NCBI RefSeq assembly: GCF_051903065.1
Contig: NZ_CP178438.1
Origin: Escherichia coli
Lineage (GTDB): Bacteria; Pseudomonadota; Gammaproteobacteria; Enterobacterales; Enterobacteriaceae
DNA length: 64,000 nucleotides
Reading direction: 5' to 3' (one strand)
Below are positions 1 through 13,193 of the stretch, in pieces. Position 1 is the stretch's first letter. Every line of letters starts with the position of its first letter. The position numbers and the translations under genes are program-made. The notes beneath the pieces are model-generated. The model was not told the origin of the DNA, did no database searches, and saw nothing but the letters and a program-made list of their open reading frames with translations.

Positions 1-1682
<1,682 letters not shown>

Positions 1683-1813
1683 GAAAATAAAACCTTGCAG
1701 GAAAAACGGCGATAGCACCGGGTGAGAACAATACCCGAGAAGCGATATCCATACAAACAGATGAAGATTGCAGCCGTAACGTCTATAATCAGCGCCCCAC
1801 ACAGAGGTAGAAC

Positions 1814-3148
1814 ATGACTGTAACGACTTTTTCCGAACTTGAACTCGACGAAAGCCTGCTGGAAGCCCTCCAGGATAAAGGTTTCACTCGCCCGACCGCC
1901 ATTCAGGCTGCCGCCATTCCGCCTGCGCTCGATGGCCGTGATGTACTCGGTTCTGCGCCGACAGGCACCGGTAAAACGGCGGCGTATCTGCTGCCAGCGT
2001 TGCAGCACCTGCTCGATTTCCCGCGTAAGAAATCCGGTCCGCCGCGTATTTTGATCCTCACCCCAACTCGCGAGCTGGCGATGCAGGTGGCCGATCATGC
2101 CCGCGAACTGGCGAAACATACGCATCTGGATATCGCCACCATCACCGGCGGCGTAGCCTATATGAACCACGCGGAAGTGTTCAGCGAAAATCAGGACATC
2201 GTGGTCGCCACGACCGGACGTCTGCTGCAATACATAAAAGAAGAGAACTTCGATTGCCGCGCGGTTGAAACGCTGATCCTCGACGAAGCAGACCGTATGC
2301 TGGATATGGGCTTCGCTCAGGATATCGAACATATTGCTGGCGAAACGCGCTGGCGTAAACAGACCCTGCTCTTTTCGGCAACTCTGGAAGGCGATGCGAT
2401 TCAGGACTTTGCCGAGCGTCTGCTGGAAGATCCGGTGGAGGTTTCTGCCAATCCGTCCACCCGTGAGCGCAAAAAAATTCATCAGTGGTATTACCGCGCC
2501 GATGACCTGGAACATAAAACCGCATTGCTGGTGCATCTGTTAAAACAGCCGGAAGCGACCCGCTCAATTGTGTTTGTGCGTAAGCGTGAGCGTGTGCATG
2601 AGCTGGCAAACTGGCTGCGCGAAGCGGGCATCAACAACTGCTATCTCGAAGGTGAGATGGTACAAGGCAAGCGTAACGAAGCGATCAAGCGTTTGACCGA
2701 AGGTCGCGTAAACGTACTGGTTGCAACCGATGTTGCCGCGCGCGGTATCGACATTCCTGACGTCAGCCACGTCTTTAACTTCGATATGCCGCGCAGTGGC
2801 GATACTTATTTGCACCGTATCGGACGTACCGCGCGCGCCGGTCGTAAAGGCACCGCAATTTCGCTGGTAGAAGCCCATGACCATCTGCTGCTGGGCAAAG
2901 TTGGTCGCTATATTGAAGAGCCAATTAAAGCTCGCGTGATTGATGAGTTACGCCCGAAAACGCGTGCGCCAAGCGAGAAGCAGACCGGCAAGCCATCGAA
3001 GAAAGTACTGGCAAAACGCGCCGAGAAGAAAAAAGCTAAAGAGAAAGAGAAGCCGCGGGTGAAAAAACGCCATCGCGATACCAAAAATATTGGTAAGCGC
3101 CGTAAACCAAGCGGAACGGGCGTGCCACCGCAAACGACAGAAGAGTAA
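1814..3148 (+). CDS. srmB: DEAD-box ATP-dependent RNA helicase SrmB
   Basis: 444 aa; motifs [25 protein letters not shown]; basic C-terminal tail. Confidence 0.95.
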   Translation: MTVTTFSELELDESLLEALQDKGFTRPTAIQAAAIPPALDGRDVLGSAPTGTGKTAAYLLPALQHLLDFPRKKSGPPRILILTPTRELAMQVADHARELAKHTHLDIATITGGVAYMNHAEVFSENQDIVVATTGRLLQYIKEENFDCRAVETLILDEADRMLDMGFAQDIEHIAGETRWRKQTLLFSATLEGDAIQDFAERLLEDPVEVSANPSTRERKKIHQWYYRADDLEHKTALLVHLLKQPEATRSIVFVRKRERVHELANWLREAGINNCYLEGEMVQGKRNEAIKRLTEGRVNVLVATDVAARGIDIPDVSHVFNFDMPRSGDTYLHRIGRTARAGRKGTAISLVEAHDHLLLGKVGRYIEEPIKARVIDELRPKTRAPSEKQTGKPSKKVLAKRAEKKKAKEKEKPRVKKRHRDTKNIGKRRKPSGTGVPPQTTEE

Positions 3149-3180
3149 TCTCAATGCCGGGTTTAAGCCCGGCATTATTT

Positions 3181-4062
3181 TTATCCCGGCAAAAAACACT
3201 CTTCAACACACTGAATAAAAATGTGCATCGCCGGGCTAACCGCTTTTCCAGCATGATGTGCGCACATTGCCGTAATGGTCTGCGACTGTTCGCCAAAAGG
3301 CAATTCAATTAATTCTCCGCTCTCAAGCTCTTTTTCCACCGCAAAGCGGGGCAAGTAACTGACACCGATATTCGCCGCGACACAACGTTTGATACTTTCA
3401 ATGCTTAACAGCTCAATGGTGTTTTCCACCGTGCTCCGCCGCTGGCGCAATGTGCTTTCAAAGATCTGCCGAAAGACACATTGCGGTTCGTTGATAATAA
3501 AGCTACAGGCGTTATGTCTTCCCGGCTCAGTAAAATCGACATCTGCAATTTGCGGTGAAGCTACCAGCACCAGCGATTGCTCACCCAATTCTCGTCGGTT
3601 CAGGGCATCATCATTCCCTACGCGATAAAAAACCCCGACATCGGCCTCATCATTCAGTAGCGCATCACGGATCACGTAACAGTTCAGAGACTGCAACGAT
3701 AAACGCACTTTTGGGGCGCGTTGCCGAAAACGCTGCAACACCTGCGGCATTCGGTAAGAGAGCAACGTTTCGCCCGAAACAACGCGTAGTTCCCCGTCCG
3801 GATCCGACTCCTTTTTGGCAGCCTCACGAAGGGTATCCATCACTCTGGTGAGTTCATAAATGTGCGGCAGCAGCTTTTTACCTTCGCGAGTGAGGCACAT
3901 CCGTCGGCCAATTTTCTCAAATAACTGTACCGAGAACTCCTGCTCAAGCTGCTGAATATGAAAAGTCACCGTCGATTGTGTACAGCACAATTTTTGCGAA
4001 GCTCGCAAAAAGGAACCCTCTTCCACCACGGTTTTAAGCGTAATAAAACGGCGCAGATCCAT
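3181..4062 (-). CDS. yfiE: LysR-family transcriptional regulator
   Basis: 293 aa from ATG at 4062 (MDLRRFITLK...), N-terminal HTH plus LysR substrate domain; divergent from eamB. Confidence 0.85.
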   Translation of the reverse strand: MDLRRFITLKTVVEEGSFLRASQKLCCTQSTVTFHIQQLEQEFSVQLFEKIGRRMCLTREGKKLLPHIYELTRVMDTLREAAKKESDPDGELRVVSGETLLSYRMPQVLQRFRQRAPKVRLSLQSLNCYVIRDALLNDEADVGVFYRVGNDDALNRRELGEQSLVLVASPQIADVDFTEPGRHNACSFIINEPQCVFRQIFESTLRQRRSTVENTIELLSIESIKRCVAANIGVSYLPRFAVEKELESGELIELPFGEQSQTITAMCAHHAGKAVSPAMHIFIQCVEECFLPG

Positions 4063-4164
4063 AACCCCAAACCTATCGAAAATATCGAATTTAGAATGTA
4101 AAAACATTCATTTTTTTAAATGTTCCGTGTCGGGTACTGTCTACCAAAACAGAGGAGATAACAA

Positions 4165-4752
4165 GTGACACCGACCCTTTTAAGTGCTTTTTGGACTTAC
4201 ACCCTGATTACCGCCATGACGCCAGGACCGAACAATATTCTCGCCCTTAGCTCAGCCACAACGCACGGATTTCGTCAGAGTACCCGCGTGCTGGCAGGGA
4301 TGAGTCTGGGATTTTTAATAGTCATGTTGCTGTGTGCGGGCATTTCGTTTTCACTGGCTGTTATCGACCCGGCAGCTGTGCATCTGTTGAGTTGGGCGGG
4401 GGCGGCATATATTGTCTGGCTGGCGTGGACAATCGCTACCAGTCCAACAAAGGAAGACGGGCTTCAGACAAAACCAATCAGTTTTTGGGCCAGCTTTGCT
4501 TTGCAGTTTGTGAACGTCAAAATCATTTTGTACGGTGTTACGGCACTGTCGACATTTGTTCTGCCGCAAACACAGGCGTTAAGCTGGATAGTTGGCGTCA
4601 GCGTTTTGCTGGCAATGATTGGGACGTTTGGTAATGTGTGCTGGGCGCTGGCGGGGCATCTGTTTCAGCGATTGTTTCGCCAGTATGGTCGCCAGTTGAA
4701 TATCGTGCTGGCGCTGCTGCTGATCTATTGCGCAGTACGCATTTTCTATTAA
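4165..4752 (+). CDS. eamB: LysE-family cysteine/O-acetylserine exporter
   Basis: 195 aa, GTG start, multi-TM RhtB/LysE-like protein. Confidence 0.88.
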   Translation: MTPTLLSAFWTYTLITAMTPGPNNILALSSATTHGFRQSTRVLAGMSLGFLIVMLLCAGISFSLAVIDPAAVHLLSWAGAAYIVWLAWTIATSPTKEDGLQTKPISFWASFALQFVNVKIILYGVTALSTFVLPQTQALSWIVGVSVLLAMIGTFGNVCWALAGHLFQRLFRQYGRQLNIVLALLLIYCAVRIFY

Positions 4753-4807
4753 TGAAAAAAAGCGGAAGAGGTCGCCCTCTTCCGCTTAGTAACTTGCTAC
4801 TTAAGCC

Positions 4808-5191
4808 TTACAGGCTTTCAGTAAAGGTACGAGCGATAACGTCGCGCTGCTGTTCCGGAGTCAGAGAGTTAAAGCGAACTGCATAACCGGATACACGGAT
4901 GGTCAGCTGCGGATATTTTTCCGGATGCTTAACTGCATCTTCCAGAGTTTCACGACGCAGAACGTTAACGTTCAGGTGCTGACCACCTTCAACGCGAACT
5001 TCTGGTTTCACTTCTACTGGAACTTCACGGTACTCAATGTCACCCAGTTTGCTTACTGCAACCACTTCGTCTTCTGCAAAACCTGCTTTCGCAACGATGC
5101 AACGTGCTTCGCCTTTTTCGCTGTCCAGCAGCCAGAAAGAGTTCAGCAGATCGTCGTTAGCGGCTTTAGTAATCTGGATACCTGTAATCAT
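4808..5191 (-). CDS. grcA: autonomous glycyl-radical cofactor
   Basis: 127 aa from ATG at 5191 ([10 protein letters not shown]...), glycyl-radical motif RVSGYAV near C-terminus. Confidence 0.92.
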
Positions 5192-5495
5192 GTGATGCCT
5201 CCCCGGCAAAATTATTTGATTTGTTCAGCCTGTCGCGGCCAATTGGTAAAACCATTGTTGCTTGAGTGTATATATACTCCTCAAACACCCTTGATTCTTT
5301 GATTTAAATCAATAAAAACCACACATCGATTGTGGTCGCAAATGGATTTTATTGTTTTACATCAACTTATGCGGGTGTGAAATTTTACCAATTTACATTT
5401 TTTTGCACTCGTTTAAGTCTAAAAAATGAGCATGATTTTGTTCTGTAGAAAGAAGCAGTTAAGCTAGGCGGATTGAAGATTCGCAGGAGAGCGAG

Positions 5496-6185
5496 ATGGC
5501 TAACGAATTAACCTGGCATGACGTGCTGGCTGAAGAAAAGCAGCAACCCTATTTTCTTAATACCCTTCAGACCGTCGCCAGCGAGCGGCAGTCCGGCGTC
5601 ACTATCTATCCACCACAAAAAGATGTCTTTAACGCGTTCCGCTTTACCGAGTTGGGTGACGTTAAAGTGGTGATTCTCGGCCAGGATCCTTATCACGGAC
5701 CGGGACAGGCGCATGGGCTGGCATTTTCCGTTCGCCCCGGAATCGCCACTCCTCCGTCACTGCTGAATATGTATAAAGAGCTGGAAAATACTATTCCGGG
5801 CTTCACCCGCCCTAATCATGGTTATCTTGAAAGCTGGGCGCGTCAGGGCGTTCTGCTACTCAATACTGTGTTGACGGTACGCGCAGGTCAGGCGCATTCC
5901 CACGCCAGCCTCGGCTGGGAAACCTTCACCGATAAAGTGATCAGCCTGATTAACCAGCATCGCGAAGGCGTGGTGTTTTTGTTGTGGGGATCGCATGCGC
6001 AAAAGAAAGGGGCGATTATAGATAAGCAACGCCATCACGTACTGAAAGCACCGCATCCGTCACCGCTTTCTGCGCATCGTGGATTCTTTGGCTGTAACCA
6101 TTTTGTGCTGGCAAATCAGTGGCTGGAACAACGTGGCGAGACGCCGATTGACTGGATGCCAGTATTACCGGCAGAGAGTGAGTAA
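5496..6185 (+). CDS. ung: uracil-DNA glycosylase
   Basis: 229 aa; motifs GQDPYH and HPSPLS. Confidence 0.95.
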   Translation: MANELTWHDVLAEEKQQPYFLNTLQTVASERQSGVTIYPPQKDVFNAFRFTELGDVKVVILGQDPYHGPGQAHGLAFSVRPGIATPPSLLNMYKELENTIPGFTRPNHGYLESWARQGVLLLNTVLTVRAGQAHSHASLGWETFTDKVISLINQHREGVVFLLWGSHAQKKGAIIDKQRHHVLKAPHPSPLSAHRGFFGCNHFVLANQWLEQRGETPIDWMPVLPAESE

Positions 6186-6232
6186 ATTTGCGGGAAAATG
6201 CCGGATGGCAGAGTTGTCACCCGGCTGATTTA

Positions 6233-7270
6233 TCAGGCTTTATTCTGACGCCACCATTCACCAAGCAAAACGCCTGTTGCAACAGAGATATTCAGCCCGG
6301 CAACGTTGCCCGTACCGTCAATCTTCACGCGCAGATCGTTCGGATCGCGTGCGGCATCCGGTAACCCTTCATATTCCTGACCCAGCACCAGTACCATTTT
6401 CGCTGGCAGACTGGTTTTGAACAGCGGCTTACCCTGCTCGCTGGAAGTTGTCACTACGGTGTAACCCGCCTGACGGAAATCATCCAGCACGTTAACAATG
6501 TTGTCGCCAGTAATCGGCTGAACGTGCTCTGCGCCGCCTTCTGCGGTACGGATAGCCGCACCCGACTCCAGCAGTGCCGCATCCTGCACCACAACGCCTT
6601 TCACGCCGAAGTGCGCGCAGCTGCGCATCATGCCACCCAGGTTATGCGGGTTAGATTCGTTTTCCAGTGCTAGAACGCAATCCTGCGCACCTGCCTGGCT
6701 TACCCACTGCTGCACGGTTGTGCCATTACGCTTTTTGATCAGGAAGCAAACGCCGCCGTGATGTTCCGTGCCTGACGCTTTTGTCAATTCCGCTTCATCC
6801 ACCACATGGTACGCTTTTCGGTTTGCCGCCATCCAGCGCAAGGCTTCTTTAAAACGTGGCGTTACGCTCTGGATAAACCAGGCGCGAACAATCGCTTCCG
6901 GACGGCTCTGGAACAGTGCCTGACATGCATTTTCGCCGTAGACGCGGGTTTCTTCCGCACGCTGACGACGCAAAACTTCTGGATCAATAAAACTTTTACC
7001 ACTGATGCCACCGTGATCGGCCTTTTCCGGCGTCTCATCACCCGGCGCGCGGGAAACCGTGCGCCACGGCGAATCTTCCCACTTGCGGTCACGGGGCTGA
7101 CTCTGTTTGTCATCGCGGGCGGGGCGACGGCCACCGTCAGCACGAGATTTTCCTGGACGCCCGCCCCCTTTCCCGGTACGCGGGTTGTGGGTACGTTTAT
7201 CAGAATCATCATCACTGCGGACATACATCACTTTGACCTTGCCGCTTTTACCTTTCATTTCATCGTTCAT
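6233..7270 (-). CDS. yfiF: SpoU/TrmH-family RNA 2'-O-methyltransferase
   Basis: 345 aa from ATG at 7270 ([10 protein letters not shown]...), basic Arg/Gly-rich N-terminal region plus SpoU methylase domain. Confidence 0.85.
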
Positions 7271-7476
7271 GCTTTTCTCCACCAGCGCTGCGCGAAGCGC
7301 GCAGATTACCCGAAGTCCGCGCGGTTCGCCATGATTTCGTACCAAAGCCTGCGACTATCATACCTATTGAATAAAACAGATTGTTGTCTGGAACAATGTC
7401 CCCGATAATATGTAACATATTAGAAACATACCGGCGTCGTTGCCGATAAGTCTCCTTACTCATCCCGAGGTTAGTT

Positions 7477-7896
7477 ATGAATACCGTTTGTACCCATTGT
7501 CAGGCCATCAATCGCATTCCCAACGATCGGATCGAAGATGCGGCAAAATGCGGACGCTGCGGTCACGACTTGTTTGACGGAGAGGTGATTAATGCGACCG
7601 GTGAAACGCTCGACAAATTGCTGAAAGATGATCTACCTGTGGTGATCGACTTCTGGGCACCGTGGTGCGGCCCCTGCCGTAATTTCGCACCAATTTTTGA
7701 AGATGTCGCGCAAGAGCGTAGCGGTAAAGTGCGCTTTGTGAAAGTGAATACCGAAGCTGAACGTGAATTGAGCAGTCGCTTTGGAATTCGTAGTATACCG
7801 ACGATCATGATTTTCAAAAACGGTCAGGTTGTCGACATGCTTAATGGCGCAGTACCGAAAGCGCCGTTCGATAGCTGGCTGAACGAATCTCTTTAA
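7477..7896 (+). CDS. trxC: thioredoxin 2
   Basis: 139 aa; N-terminal Zn-finger CxxC...CxxC and WCGPC active site. Confidence 0.95.
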   Translation: MNTVCTHCQAINRIPNDRIEDAAKCGRCGHDLFDGEVINATGETLDKLLKDDLPVVIDFWAPWCGPCRNFAPIFEDVAQERSGKVRFVKVNTEAERELSSRFGIRSIPTIMIFKNGQVVDMLNGAVPKAPFDSWLNESL

Positions 7897-7964
7897 TCTT
7901 ACCGGGGCACATCTTGTGCCCCGTTTTCTCCTCTGCGACAATGGCGTTTTTTCGACGCTCTCTT

Positions 7965-8663
7965 ATGACCGAAAACGCTGTTCTCCAGTTACGCGCCGAG
8001 CGTATTGCGCGCGCAACACGTCCTTTTCTTGCCCGCGGTAATCGCGTTCGTCGCTGCCAACGCTGTCTTTTGCCAGAGAAATTATGTCTCTGTTCGACAA
8101 TTACCCCAGCACAAGCAAAAAGTCGCTTCTGTTTGCTGATGTTCGACACCGAGCCAATGAAGCCCAGTAATACCGGGCGTCTGATTGCTGATATTTTGCC
8201 TGATACCGTTGCGTTTCAATGGTCGCGTACCGAACCCTCGCAGGATTTGCTGGATCTGGTACAAAACCCGGATTATCAGCCAATGGTGGTCTTTCCCGCC
8301 TCGTATGCTGATGAGCAACGGGAAGTGATCTTCACACCACCTGCCGGTAAGCCACCGCTGTTTATCATGCTCGATGGTACCTGGCCGGAAGCTCGCAAGA
8401 TGTTTCGTAAAAGTCCGTATCTGGATAATTTTCCCGTCATTTCCGTCGATCTTTCCCGGCTTTCTGCCTATCGCCTGCGTGAAGCCCAGGCTGAAGGCCA
8501 ATATTGTACTGCCGAGGTAGCCATCGCACTGTTAGATATGGCCGGCGATACCGGGGCGGCAGCAGGGTTAGGCGAGCATTTTACCCGCTTTAAAACACGC
8601 TATCTGGCAGGAAAAACGCAACATCTGGGTAGCATCACAGCAGAACAGTTAGAAAGCGTTTAA
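7965..8663 (+). CDS. tapT: DTW-domain tRNA-uridine aminocarboxypropyltransferase
   Basis: 232 aa from ATG at 7965; DTW motif (MLDGTWPEA); start chosen by length recalled for K-12 YfiP. Confidence 0.8.
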   Translation: MTENAVLQLRAERIARATRPFLARGNRVRRCQRCLLPEKLCLCSTITPAQAKSRFCLLMFDTEPMKPSNTGRLIADILPDTVAFQWSRTEPSQDLLDLVQNPDYQPMVVFPASYADEQREVIFTPPAGKPPLFIMLDGTWPEARKMFRKSPYLDNFPVISVDLSRLSAYRLREAQAEGQYCTAEVAIALLDMAGDTGAAAGLGEHFTRFKTRYLAGKTQHLGSITAEQLESV

Positions 8664-8694
8664 AATCATTCGGTCACTTCTGCGGGAGACCGGT

Positions 8695-11355
8695 ATGAGT
8701 CAGCGAGGACTGGAAGCACTACTGCGACCAAAATCGATAGCGGTAATTGGCGCGTCGATGAAACCCAATCGCGCAGGTTACCTGATGATGCGTAACCTGC
8801 TGGCGGGAGGCTTTAACGGACCGGTACTCCCGGTGACGCCAGCCTGGAAAGCGGTGTTGGGTGTGTTGGCCTGGCCAGATATTGCCAGCTTGCCCTTTAC
8901 ACCCGACCTTGCGGTTTTATGTACCAATGCCAGCCGTAATCTTGCTCTTCTGGAAGAGCTCGGCGAGAAAGGCTGTAAAACCTGCATTATTCTTTCCGCC
9001 CCGGCATCGCAACACGAAGATCTCCGCGCCTGCGCCCTGCGCCATAACATGCGCCTGCTTGGACCAAACAGTCTGGGTTTACTGGCTCCCTGGCAAGGTC
9101 TGAATGCCAGCTTTTCGCCTGTGCCGATTAAACGCGGCAAGCTGGCGTTTATTTCACAATCGGCTGCCGTCTCCAACACCATCCTCGACTGGGCGCAACA
9201 GCGTGAGATGGGCTTTTCCTACTTTATTGCGCTCGGCGACAGCCTGGATATCGACGTTGATGAATTGCTCGACTATCTGGCGCGCGACAGTAAAACCAGC
9301 GCCATCCTGCTCTATCTCGAACAGTTAAGCGACGCGCGACGCTTTGTTTCGGCGGCCCGTAGTGCCTCGCGCAATAAACCGATTCTGGTAATTAAAAGCG
9401 GACGTAGCCCGGCGGCTCAACGTCTGTTGAACACCACGGCAGGAATGGATCCGGCGTGGGATGCGGCTATTCAGCGTGCCGGTTTGTTGCGGGTACAGGA
9501 CACCCACGAACTGTTTTCGGCGGTAGAAACCCTTAGCCATATGCGCCCGCTGCGTGGCGACCGGTTGATGATTATCAGCAACGGTGCTGCGCCTGCCGCG
9601 CTGGCGCTGGATGCCTTATGGTCACGCAATGGCAAGCTGGCAACACTAAGCGAAGAAACCTGCCAGAAACTGCGCGATGCACTGCCAGGACATGTGGCAA
9701 TCTCTAACCCGCTCGATCTGCGCGATGACGCCAGCAGCGAGCATTATGTCAAAACGCTGGACATTCTGCTCCATAGCCAGGATTTTGATGCGCTGATGGT
9801 TATTCATTCGCCCAGCGCCGCTGCTCCCGCAACAGAAAGTGCGCAAGCATTAATTGAAGCGGTAAAGCATCATCCCCGCAGCAAGTATGTTTCTCTGCTG
9901 ACGAACTGGTGCGGCGAGCACTCCTCGCAAGAGGCACGACGTTTATTCAGCGAAGCCGGGCTGCCGACCTACCGTACCCCGGAAGGAACCATCACTGCTT
10001 TTATGCATATGGTGGAGTACCGGCGTAATCAGAAGCAACTACGCGAAACGCCGGCGTTGCCCAGCAATCTGACTTCCAATACCGCAAAAGCGCATCTTCT
10101 GTTGCAACAGGCGATTGCCGAAGGGGCTACGTCGCTCGATACCCATGAAGTTCAGCCCATCCTGCAAGCGTATGGCATGAACACGCTCCCTACCTGGATT
10201 GCCAGTGATAGCACGGAAGCGGTGCATATTGCCGAACAGATTGGTTATCCGGTGGCGCTGAAATTGCGTTCGCCGGATATTCCACATAAATCGGAAGTTC
10301 AGGGCGTCATGCTTTACTTGCGCACAGCCAATGAAGTCCAGCAAGCGGCAAACGCTATTTTCGATCGCGTAAAAATGACCTGGCCGCAGGCGCGGGTCCA
10401 CGGCCTGTTGGTGCAAAGTATGGCTAACCGTGCTGGCGCTCAGGAGTTGCGGGTTGTGGTTGAGCACGATCCGGTTTTTGGGCCGTTGATCATGCTGGGT
10501 GAAGGCGGTGTGGAGTGGCGTCCTGAAGATCAAGCCGTCGTCGCACTGCCGCCGCTGAATATGAACCTGGCCCGCTATCTGGTTATTCAGGGGATCAAAA
10601 GTAAAAAGATTCGTGCGCGCAGTGCGCTACGCCCATTGGATGTTGCAGGCTTGAGCCAGCTTCTGGTGCAGGTTTCCAACTTGATTGTCGATTGCCCGGA
10701 AATTCAGCGTCTGGATATTCATCCTTTGCTGGCTTCTGGCAGTGAATTTACCGCGCTGGATGTCACGCTGGATATCGCGCCGTTTGAAGGCGATAACGAG
10801 AGTCGGCTGGCAGTGCGCCCTTATCCGCATCAGCTGGAAGAATGGGTAGAATTGAAAAACGGTGAACGCTGCTTGTTCCGCCCGATTTTGCCAGAAGATG
10901 AGCCACAACTTCAGCAATTCATTTCGCGAGTCACCAAAGAAGATCTTTATTACCGCTACTTTAGCGAGATCAACGAATTTACCCATGAAGATTTAGCCAA
11001 CATGACGCAGATCGACTACGATCGGGAAATGGCGTTTGTAGCGGTACGACGTATTGATCAAACGGAAGAGATCCTCGGCGTCACGCGTGCGATCTCCGAC
11101 CCTGATAACATCGATGCCGAATTTGCCGTGCTGGTTCGCTCGGATCTCAAAGGGTTAGGCTTAGGTCGACGCTTAATGGAAAAGTTGATTACCTATACGC
11201 GAGATCACGGACTACAACGTCTGAATGGTATTACGATGCCAAATAATCGTGGCATGGTGGCGCTGGCCCGCAAGCTCGGGTTTAACGTTGATATCCAGCT
11301 CGAAGAGGGGATCGTTGGGCTTACGCTAAATCTTGCCCAACGCGAGGAATCATGA
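8695..11355 (+). CDS. patZ: protein lysine acetyltransferase (acyl-CoA synthetase-like plus GNAT)
   Basis: 886 aa; CoA-binding/ATP-grasp-like N-terminal region and C-terminal GNAT domain. Confidence 0.9.
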   Translation: MSQRGLEALLRPKSIAVIGASMKPNRAGYLMMRNLLAGGFNGPVLPVTPAWKAVLGVLAWPDIASLPFTPDLAVLCTNASRNLALLEELGEKGCKTCIILSAPASQHEDLRACALRHNMRLLGPNSLGLLAPWQGLNASFSPVPIKRGKLAFISQSAAVSNTILDWAQQREMGFSYFIALGDSLDIDVDELLDYLARDSKTSAILLYLEQLSDARRFVSAARSASRNKPILVIKSGRSPAAQRLLNTTAGMDPAWDAAIQRAGLLRVQDTHELFSAVETLSHMRPLRGDRLMIISNGAAPAALALDALWSRNGKLATLSEETCQKLRDALPGHVAISNPLDLRDDASSEHYVKTLDILLHSQDFDALMVIHSPSAAAPATESAQALIEAVKHHPRSKYVSLLTNWCGEHSSQEARRLFSEAGLPTYRTPEGTITAFMHMVEYRRNQKQLRETPALPSNLTSNTAKAHLLLQQAIAEGATSLDTHEVQPILQAYGMNTLPTWIASDSTEAVHIAEQIGYPVALKLRSPDIPHKSEVQGVMLYLRTANEVQQAANAIFDRVKMTWPQARVHGLLVQSMANRAGAQELRVVVEHDPVFGPLIMLGEGGVEWRPEDQAVVALPPLNMNLARYLVIQGIKSKKIRARSALRPLDVAGLSQLLVQVSNLIVDCPEIQRLDIHPLLASGSEFTALDVTLDIAPFEGDNESRLAVRPYPHQLEEWVELKNGERCLFRPILPEDEPQLQQFISRVTKEDLYYRYFSEINEFTHEDLANMTQIDYDREMAFVAVRRIDQTEEILGVTRAISDPDNIDAEFAVLVRSDLKGLGLGRRLMEKLITYTRDHGLQRLNGITMPNNRGMVALARKLGFNVDIQLEEGIVGLTLNLAQREES

Positions 11356-11468
11356 GTAAGGTACTGGAAATGTTGACCACTTAATCGGGACTGGTGTTAT
11401 TATTGCCCGCTTATGTCGTCTGCATTGCACAGAGGACCCTTCAATGAACAGAGAAGAAATGCACTGTG

Positions 11469-12824
11469 ATGTTGTCAAAATTTAAGCGTAATAAACATCA
11501 ACAACACCTTGCCCAACTACCCAAGATTTCTCAATCAGTTGATGATGTCGATTTCTTTTACGCTCCCGCCGACTTCCGGGAGACGCTGCTGGAAAAAATA
11601 GCCAGCGCGAAGCAGCGCATTTGCATTGTCGCCCTGTATCTCGAACAGGATGACGGTGGCAAAGGCATTCTGAACGCGTTGTATGAAGCTAAAAGGCAGC
11701 GTCCGGAACTGGATGTGCGGGTGCTGGTCGACTGGCATCGTGCACAACGTGGACGCATTGGCGCTGCGGCATCTAACACTAACGCTGACTGGTACTGCCG
11801 CATGGCGCAGGAAAATCCGGGCGTAGATGTTCCGGTTTATGGCGTTCCAATCAATACCCGTGAAGCCCTTGGTGTTCTGCACTTTAAAGGCTTTATCATC
11901 GACGATAGCGTACTTTATAGCGGTGCCAGCCTGAACGATGTTTACCTGCATCAGCACGATAAATATCGCTACGACCGTTATCATCTTATCCGTAACCGTA
12001 AGATGTCAGACATTATGTTTGAATGGGTTACACAGAATATTATGAATGGCCGCGGCGTTAATCGTCTGGATGATGTTAATCGGCCAAAAAGCCCGGAAAT
12101 CAAGAACGATATTCGTCTGTTCCGCCAGGAGCTGCGTGATGCCGCTTATCATTTCCAGGGCGATGCCGACAACGATCAGCTTTCCGTAACGCCGCTAGTG
12201 GGGCTGGGGAAATCGAGTCTGTTGAACAAGACCATTTTCCATCTTATGCCTTGTGCCGAGCAGAAACTAACCATCTGTACGCCATACTTCAACCTGCCAG
12301 CAATCCTTGTGCGCAATATTATCCAGTTGCTGCGCGAAGGGAAAAAGGTCGAAATTATTGTTGGTGATAAAACCGCGAACGACTTCTACATTCCGGAAGA
12401 TGAACCTTTCAAGATAATTGGCGCATTGCCTTATCTCTATGAGATCAATCTGCGTCGTTTCCTGAGCCGTTTGCAGTATTACGTCAATACTGACCAGCTA
12501 GTGGTTCGGTTATGGAAAGATGACGACAACACCTATCACCTAAAAGGGATGTGGGTTGATGATAAGTGGATGTTGATCACCGGTAATAACCTGAACCCGC
12601 GCGCCTGGCGTCTGGATCTGGAAAACGCCATTTTGATCCACGATCCACAACTGGAGCTTGCGCCGCAGCGAGAGAAAGAACTGGAGCTGATCCGCGAGCA
12701 TACCACCATCGTTAAGCACTATCGCGATCTGCAAAGTATTGCCGATTATCCGGTGAAGGTTCGTAAACTCATCCGCCGTTTGCGCCGTATCCGCATCGAC
12801 CGATTAATTAGCCGCATCCTGTAA
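11469..12824 (+). CDS. pssA: phosphatidylserine synthase (PLD-type)
   Basis: 451 aa from ATG at 11469; two HxK(x)4D-type PLD motifs (HFKGFIID, HLKGMWVDD). Confidence 0.93.
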   Translation: MLSKFKRNKHQQHLAQLPKISQSVDDVDFFYAPADFRETLLEKIASAKQRICIVALYLEQDDGGKGILNALYEAKRQRPELDVRVLVDWHRAQRGRIGAAASNTNADWYCRMAQENPGVDVPVYGVPINTREALGVLHFKGFIIDDSVLYSGASLNDVYLHQHDKYRYDRYHLIRNRKMSDIMFEWVTQNIMNGRGVNRLDDVNRPKSPEIKNDIRLFRQELRDAAYHFQGDADNDQLSVTPLVGLGKSSLLNKTIFHLMPCAEQKLTICTPYFNLPAILVRNIIQLLREGKKVEIIVGDKTANDFYIPEDEPFKIIGALPYLYEINLRRFLSRLQYYVNTDQLVVRLWKDDDNTYHLKGMWVDDKWMLITGNNLNPRAWRLDLENAILIHDPQLELAPQREKELELIREHTTIVKHYRDLQSIADYPVKVRKLIRRLRRIRIDRLISRIL

Positions 12825-12869
12825 TCACAACCCCGTCCTGTACGGGGTTTGTTTTTTGGAGGCCACGTT

Positions 12870-13193
12870 TTGCGTATTCTTTTTGTCTGTTCGCTATTGT
12901 TACTTTCTGGATGCAGCCATATGGCTAACGATAGCTGGAGCGGGCAGGATAAAGCTCAACACTTTATCGCCTCGGCGATGCTTTCCGCCGCCGGAAATGA
13001 ATATTCACAGCATCAGGGGATGAGCCGGGATCGCAGTGCCATGTTTGGATTGATGTTCTCTGTCAGTTTGGGGGCGTCAAAAGAGCTTTGGGATAGCCGC
13101 CCCGAAGGGAGCGGCTGGAGCTGGAAGGATTTGGCCTGGGATGTCGCCGGTGCAAGCACCGGCTATACCGTCTGGCAACTGACCCGTCACTAA
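12870..13193 (+). CDS. yfiM: small lipoprotein YfiM
   Basis: Lipobox LLLSGC; probable TTG start at 12870 with GGAGG 7 nt upstream; start uncertain. Confidence 0.7.
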